From positions 2,360,763-2,424,762 of the forward strand of contig CAVNZM010000008.1 of the NCBI GenBank assembly GCA_963693365.1: a stretch of 64,000 nt of DNA. Direction: 5' to 3'. How positions within the stretch are numbered: the first letter of the stretch is position 1; every line of letters starts with the position of its first letter. The notes under the pieces were generated by a model. It was not told the DNA's origin and made no database searches. It saw only the letters and a program-made list of their open reading frames with translations. Origin of the DNA: Amoebidium appalachense (lineage: Eukaryota; Protista; Ichthyosporea). Positions 1 through 64,000 of this stretch are shown here, piece by piece. The translations under genes were made by a program, and so were the position numbers.

Positions 1-167
1 TTTTCTTTTTCACCCACCCACCTACACCCTACACTCAACCCCCATTGATCCCCACATACGTGCTGTTTTTTCACGGGGCGAAGACTTCCCCCGTTTTTTG
101 GGCACAAGGACCTCACGGATCAATAAATTGATGACTGGGGGCTTGCCGTGGTTTACAACCATTGCAG

Positions 168-2667
168 GTTCACTTTCGTCCAAGGGGATGTCCCCCTAGA
201 GGCAACACACGTCCCGGAGTAGTTTTCATAGACTTCCCTGAAACTCTGGAGGAGTTGTTGCTTGACCCGAAACTTGCAAACGAATTCCGGGTTTTTTGTG
301 TCCAAAATTACTGCAAAGAAAACATTGACTTCTATAACGCCTGTAATGAGTATCGGGCGCTCGTACAAAAAGTATCGCAAGAAGGGTTTGTTCTTCCAGA
401 TGAAAGCGTGTATACAGCCTCCTATTTGCGCTTACGCAGCAGCAAGACTGAGGGAAATGGGATTGTAGCTGCGGTTTCTGATACAGGCAAGCCCCCCCCC
501 CCCCCCCCCCCCCCCCCCCTCGAGGGTAGTATCTGATTCATATATCATCCCCCCACCCCCCCCCATCCCCTCTCCCCTTCGAGCCTCGGTAGTGCCTGAG
601 TCAGACAAATCCCCCCCCCCCCCCCCTCCTCCTCCCCCCCCCCCCCCCTTCCCCACCGCCGCCACCACCACCACCACCAGGGGCATCATCGCATTGCATA
701 TGGGGTACCATAGCCACACCAACTTAGGCAGCTGCAAATTAGCCGTTGCTTTACACAACTAAAAACCACCTACTTCGATGCATGAGGCAGATGGTACACT
801 TTGGCACAAATTTCTCGCAGGGACCTATTGGTTTTTTTTCTAACCATAATGCTCCCCTACCTGTCCCCCCCCCTCCCCCCCCCCCAAAAAAAAAAAAAAA
901 AAAAAAAAAAACGCCTGTTTCCCCCTCATCCCATCCCCCCCCCCCCCCCCCCCCCTCCCCCCTCCATTATATATACACATGCCTCTCCTCTTGCCCTCTT
1001 TCAGAAGCCTCCACCCTCTTGTCCCCCCCTCCAGAATCATTCCTCCCCCCCCCCCCCCCTTCCTCCTCCCCATCCCCCCCCCCCCCAGCGCTCCTTTTTC
1101 TCTTCCTCCCCCCCCCCCCCCCACCAAAGAAAAAAACAGCCCATAATGATTCCTCTGCTCCCCCCTTCCTCCCCCCCCCCCCCCCTTCCCCCCCCTCCCC
1201 CCCCCCCTCCCCTAGTGGATAGCTTGACAAGCTAGGCCCAACCTAAGGATGGGCTCTGCTTATGATGCACGCTCTTTGTGTGTGCTTGTTAATCTGCATT
1301 GTCAATCCGTCGTGAATTGCCTTCCCCCCGCCTCCCCCCCCCCCCTCCCCCCCCCCAATGCCCTCCCTCCTCTCCCCGTGTGTGCTCTACAAAATCTGTA
1401 GTGTGTTTTCCGTCGTGAATAAGTGTGCTACTATTTAACACACATCCCCCCTCCCCCCGGGGAAAAAACAAAGAAAAAAAAAAGAGCAAACAAAACGAAA
1501 GGGCACTATTATCAGCTCAGGACAACCCTTCCCTCATGCATGTATGCAGTTAAGGCGTGCCGCATCAGCATGATTTTTTTTTTCGAAAAAAAAAATACAC
1601 CTTTTTTTTTCAGTTCCACCGTTTAGCTAGAAGCAGCTCCTCAACAAAAATTTACATCAAACCTGCTTGAGCTCCATATATGGTCACACACTAACCATAC
1701 CGCAGCAAGGGCAAGCAGTATAAGTGCCCCTCCGTCCCCATCCACCTTAAACCCAAACGCGGTGGACCAGAGAGTCCTTCAAAAGGCCCTCCAGATATTG
1801 GATACGTACATAAGGACGGGCTCCAAACAGCAGATAAATATCGACATGAAAACGTTGAAGGTATGTGTGGGATTTCCTTCATGCAGCAGCAGTTATTCAG
1901 ACTTCTGCCATTGGCCTAAGTAGGTGATTCAGACAAGTCAATGATGCATTGCTAGAAAGTTACTTAGCCGAAAACACGTTTCCCAATGTTGCTGCATTGC
2001 TTAGGCTGATGATACAAAAACAACACGCCTCCCCCTAAACCAAAATCACGTTTTCCGCAAGGTGAGTTCACGTGAAAGTTGAGTGTTAAAGGATCGAATG
2101 ATGAATACGTGTTAACTCCGAAACAAAACGAAACAGCCGGGTTATATTCATATTCGAAAAACACCCCAGCATCATAGTGCGGCGCGCGTTCTCCTCATAC
2201 TTTGGTACGAGACCTGCCGCCAGTCGGTGGGGAAAACACATTTCCACCGTCTGAACTCGAGGTTTGCAGAGCTATTTGTTTTTACCCAAATTAAAGGCAA
2301 CTAACTGTTGCGCATTTCAATCCATTTTAGGACACGTTAAGGGCAGTGAGAGAGGGTCGACTAAACGAGGACTTGTTCAGTGTGGCCCAGAGGCACGTAT
2401 TTCAGGTAACCCCCCTCTCCCCCCCCCCCCCCCCAAAAAAAAAAAAAAAAAAAAAAAACCCCACCCCCCTCCCCTCCCCTCCTCCGCCCCTACTCCCCCC
2501 CTCCCCCCCCCTCCCCCCCCCCCCCCCCTGCCCGCCCGACTTTCCCGCCTCCTGCCTGTGCGTCCTTCCGAGCGCAAGAAATAAGGAACGAAGGAAATAA
2601 AGAAGAAGACAGAAGCCCAGAAACAATACGTGGAGATGCGCTCACAATGCTTTTCGATCCCTCCCCA

Positions 2668-2699
<32 letters not shown>

Positions 2700-2709
2700 C
2701 TCCCCTTCT

Positions 2710-2760
<51 letters not shown>

Positions 2761-3343
2761 ACACACCCCCGCCCCACCCCACCCTGAGCCTGCCCTTGCA
2801 GGGGAGGAAAAGAAGGATTAGAAAAAAGAAGAAGAAGAAAAGAAGAAAGAAAGAAAGGGAAAAGATGTCTTGATAGCAACAGCTCGAGTCTGAGACCTGC
2901 ACAAATTTCTTTTCGTCGACATCCATTGTGACCCCGCCTCCCCCCTTCTGCCCTCCCTCCTCTCCTCCCCCCCCCCCCCCCCCCCCCTCCTCTCCCCCCA
3001 ACACATACACAAACTATAACACCCCCCTCTCCCCACACACACCACCCAGCCATCATCCCCCCCCCCCCCCCCCCCCCCCCACCCCCCTCCCTCCCCAGCC
3101 AAAAAAAACAAAAAAAACAAAAAAAAAAACAAAAAAACAAAAAAACAAAAAAAGCAACAACAACATGTGAACACTCTATTTTTCCTCTAACAGGTAATGA
3201 AATGTGACTGTTTCCCACGGTTCCGTGACCACATGACCAGGGCCCCATCTCCCCCGCCTAGTCCCACTGCCAGTCCTCGTTCAGCAGCTGAGGGTGAGGA
3301 GGGGGGTGGGTCCCGCACCCGTGGGATCAAGGTGAGTGGCATG

Positions 3344-3428
<85 letters not shown>

Positions 3429-3883
3429 TTTGCGCGCACGCGCGCGCGCGTGCGTGTGTGTGGGTGCGCGCGCGTGTGTGTGTGCATGTGTGTGTGCGCG
3501 CGCGTGTGTGTGCATGTGTTATCGGGAATAAAGGGGGAGGGGGGGCCCGCAGGGGGGGTGTGGGGGGGTGGGGGGAGGGTTGGGGGGGGAGGTGGGGGGT
3601 TGAGGGCCCTGGAAGCGAGGGACAGCAGCTGGGGTGCGGGGAGGGGGTGGGGGGAGGGGGGAGGTGGGGGGGAGGGATGGATGCGTGTGCCGGTCGGCCA
3701 ACCGTACATAACGGTCGCGGATGTGTGTATGTGAGTGGGTTGTTGCAACACCTGTGTGCCGTTGCCAACCAGGTACATGTGCGGCGTACAGGAGCTATAC
3801 CTGTAATGGTTGGAAAGAGAGCCTCTAGAAACGAATCCATGTGGTGTCAACAAAAGGACCGTGACTTAAAGGAACATGAATAA
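168..3883 (+). CDS. Spliced RGS (regulator of G-protein signalling) domain protein; 5' end probably outside the window
   Basis: Exons give RGS consensus pieces in order: 168-~486 'LEELLLDPKLANEFRVFCVQNYCKENIDFYNACNEYR'; ~1613-1682 'KIYIKPA*APYM'; 1834-1860 'INIDMKTLK'; 2331-2405 'DTLRAVREGRLNEDLFSVAQRHVFQ'; 3194-3331 'VMKCDCFPRF'; probable last exon 3773-3883. AG/GT boundaries present. One in-frame TGA at 1668-1670; the model between 487 and 1613 is unresolved. Confidence 0.8.
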
Positions 3884-5427
3884 TAAGTCATATACGGTTT
3901 GCATCGCACTAACCTAGATCAAACGGGGTCCCACTTGCAGGCATTCTTTGGACTGGGCAAGTTTTCAGCAAAGAGACCAAGAAGCTTCTCCTTAAAGAAC
4001 GCCTACAAGGCCAAAGCTTAGCCGACACCCTAAACTTCCTGTTCAAGCGCCACCACCAAGCCGGCTACTCTACGAATCGTGATGTGCAAATGGTAGCACA
4101 CATACAGCACATAGGTGGGATAGTATATAAACTTGATATAAGTGCCCAGCCAAGCTTCAGGCACATCACCTGTAAATAAGGAGAGATTGAACATCTTTAA
4201 CTAAACGATCGCCAGCTTTGAACTTCAACTTTAGTGTGTACACGTGTTACTTGCTTGCAATTGTACAACATCCATGCAAATATATATCCACCATCATCAC
4301 TACCGAATCTTCTTGTCTTTAAGACCTCGAAGCCTCCCCCCCCCCCCCCCCCCCCCCCCCCTCCCGCGCCTCACTCTCCCTCCAACAACACACATACCCA
4401 CAAACACACACACACGCACACAGGCACTTGTTTCCCTGTTGTTTTGCCCCCAAGAGAGAGGAGAGAGAGAGATGAAGGAACAGGGAGAGGCCTAGGAGAG
4501 GGAGAGGGAGAGGTAGAGCGACAGTAAGAGAGAGAGAGAGGAAGATGCTGGGGGGGGGGGGGGGGGGGAGGAGGGAGGGCGTTCTTGAAGGTCCGTTTAT
4601 GGGATTTTATTCATCTGCGTATCTTTTTATTCGGAGCGCGTGTAAACACCGATGTACAAGGGAGAAAAAGCGGGTACAAATCGGTGTGGAAATTCTTCGT
4701 GTAGGGTCTTTTCGTAAATCAAATCCATTTTACGGATTATTGAGTTGATTTGGCCATGTTTGGGACCCATTACATGTCGTTTAATCAAACAAAGAAAAAA
4801 CAAAAACAAATCAAAACAGCAGCAGCAACAACAACAACAAAAAAAAAAGACCAAATAACGTTCCCAATTTCCCAGCGATTAGCGCTATCACCCGACTCCA
4901 AATTCGAGGGGCATTACGTCATATTATGTGCATACATGTTGATGCAGTTTCGGCTAGTAAGGTATGTCACTCTCACCACGCGTTGTCTAGCTTTAAGATT
5001 GTAGATGAGAAAACGACAATAATATGCGCACACCATCTGCATGCTTATTCTATTGCCCCCCCCCTCCCCCCTCCCCCCTGTCCCCAAAGCAAATAAAGAA
5101 AAAGAGCGTAATCGTAAATTTACATTCATTCATACGTGTCAAGAACACTGCTGCAACATACAAACATCCCAGCACAGGAGGAAAACAAAACTTCACCTAT
5201 TTTTCATCTCTAAACAGTTGCTCTATCATGACAGAGCACACAACCAAGCTTCATTCTCAAACACGTGCAGTATGTCAACGTGCATTTCACGAGTCATATA
5301 TCACGTCTTCAATACAAAACGCCAAATGGTTAGACAGAAAGAAAGACAAAGGTGCAGGCTCAAACAACAAAAGAAAGACGCGGTAGATTTTGATGAAGAA
5401 ACGGAAGGAAAGCAAAAGAAAACCAAA

Positions 5428-63650
<58,223 letters not shown>

Positions 63651-64000
63651 GAGAGAAAAAATGTTTTGTTTTGTTTCAAAACAGGTATCTTAATCTTTAT
63701 CAATAAAATGTAACAAGATTTCAGTCCGGGTTAAACGGGGTTTCTTTTAGGTATCCGTGTCGGGTCAGGCCTGAATGGGATATGCGCAATATGATCGGCT
63801 TGGTGCGCATCAAACGGCATTTGGCCCGACCCGAAGATCAAAAGGCGGTGACAATAAATAAGCTAAAAAACCCCCTTAATCTGTCAGAGAGTTCATTTGT
63901 TGCACCCCACGATCCAACTTTCACACACTATTGCAAAAAGAGCAGAAGACAAAGCAAGTAGCCCCTTAAGCACAAAATCGGGTCAGTGATGTTAAGACTC

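Noticed and set aside
3910-4172. Short minus-strand peptides (DVPEAWLGTYIKF..., AFFKEKLLGLFAE...) as a separate gene
   Set aside because: No consistent exon chain or domain; the region lies in the probable 3' UTR or intergenic space between convergent genes.

Overview
Eukaryotic, very intron-rich DNA full of (CA)n/(GA)n microsatellites and long G/C/A/T homopolymers; most of the ORF track is repeat artefact. The style suggests a unicellular holozoan or similar protist, which is inference only. There are two convergent host genes: a spliced RGS-domain gene on + (~168-3883) and a very large USP9X/USP24/USP34-type deubiquitinase on - (~63650 down to 5428, dozens of exons). One USP intron (7668-18293, 10.6 kb) is far longer than the rest. 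It holds two same-orientation 85-nt intron-containing tRNA-Ile(UAU) copies (17964-18048 degenerate, 8691-8775 intact) enclosing a ~9.2-kb segment. Manual splicing of that segment gives a multi-exon tyrosine recombinase (R-K-YxxR-H-Y motifs, DUF3435/Starship-captain-like spacing, C-terminal AT-hooks) carrying inactivating lesions. The arrangement looks like a tRNA-targeting integrative element with attL/attR-like tRNA repeats in a eukaryote. Also present: two MITE-like foldbacks, a structured ~340-bp repeat in two USP introns, and several tandem repeats. All exon models were assembled by eye and need RNA-seq/HMM confirmation.
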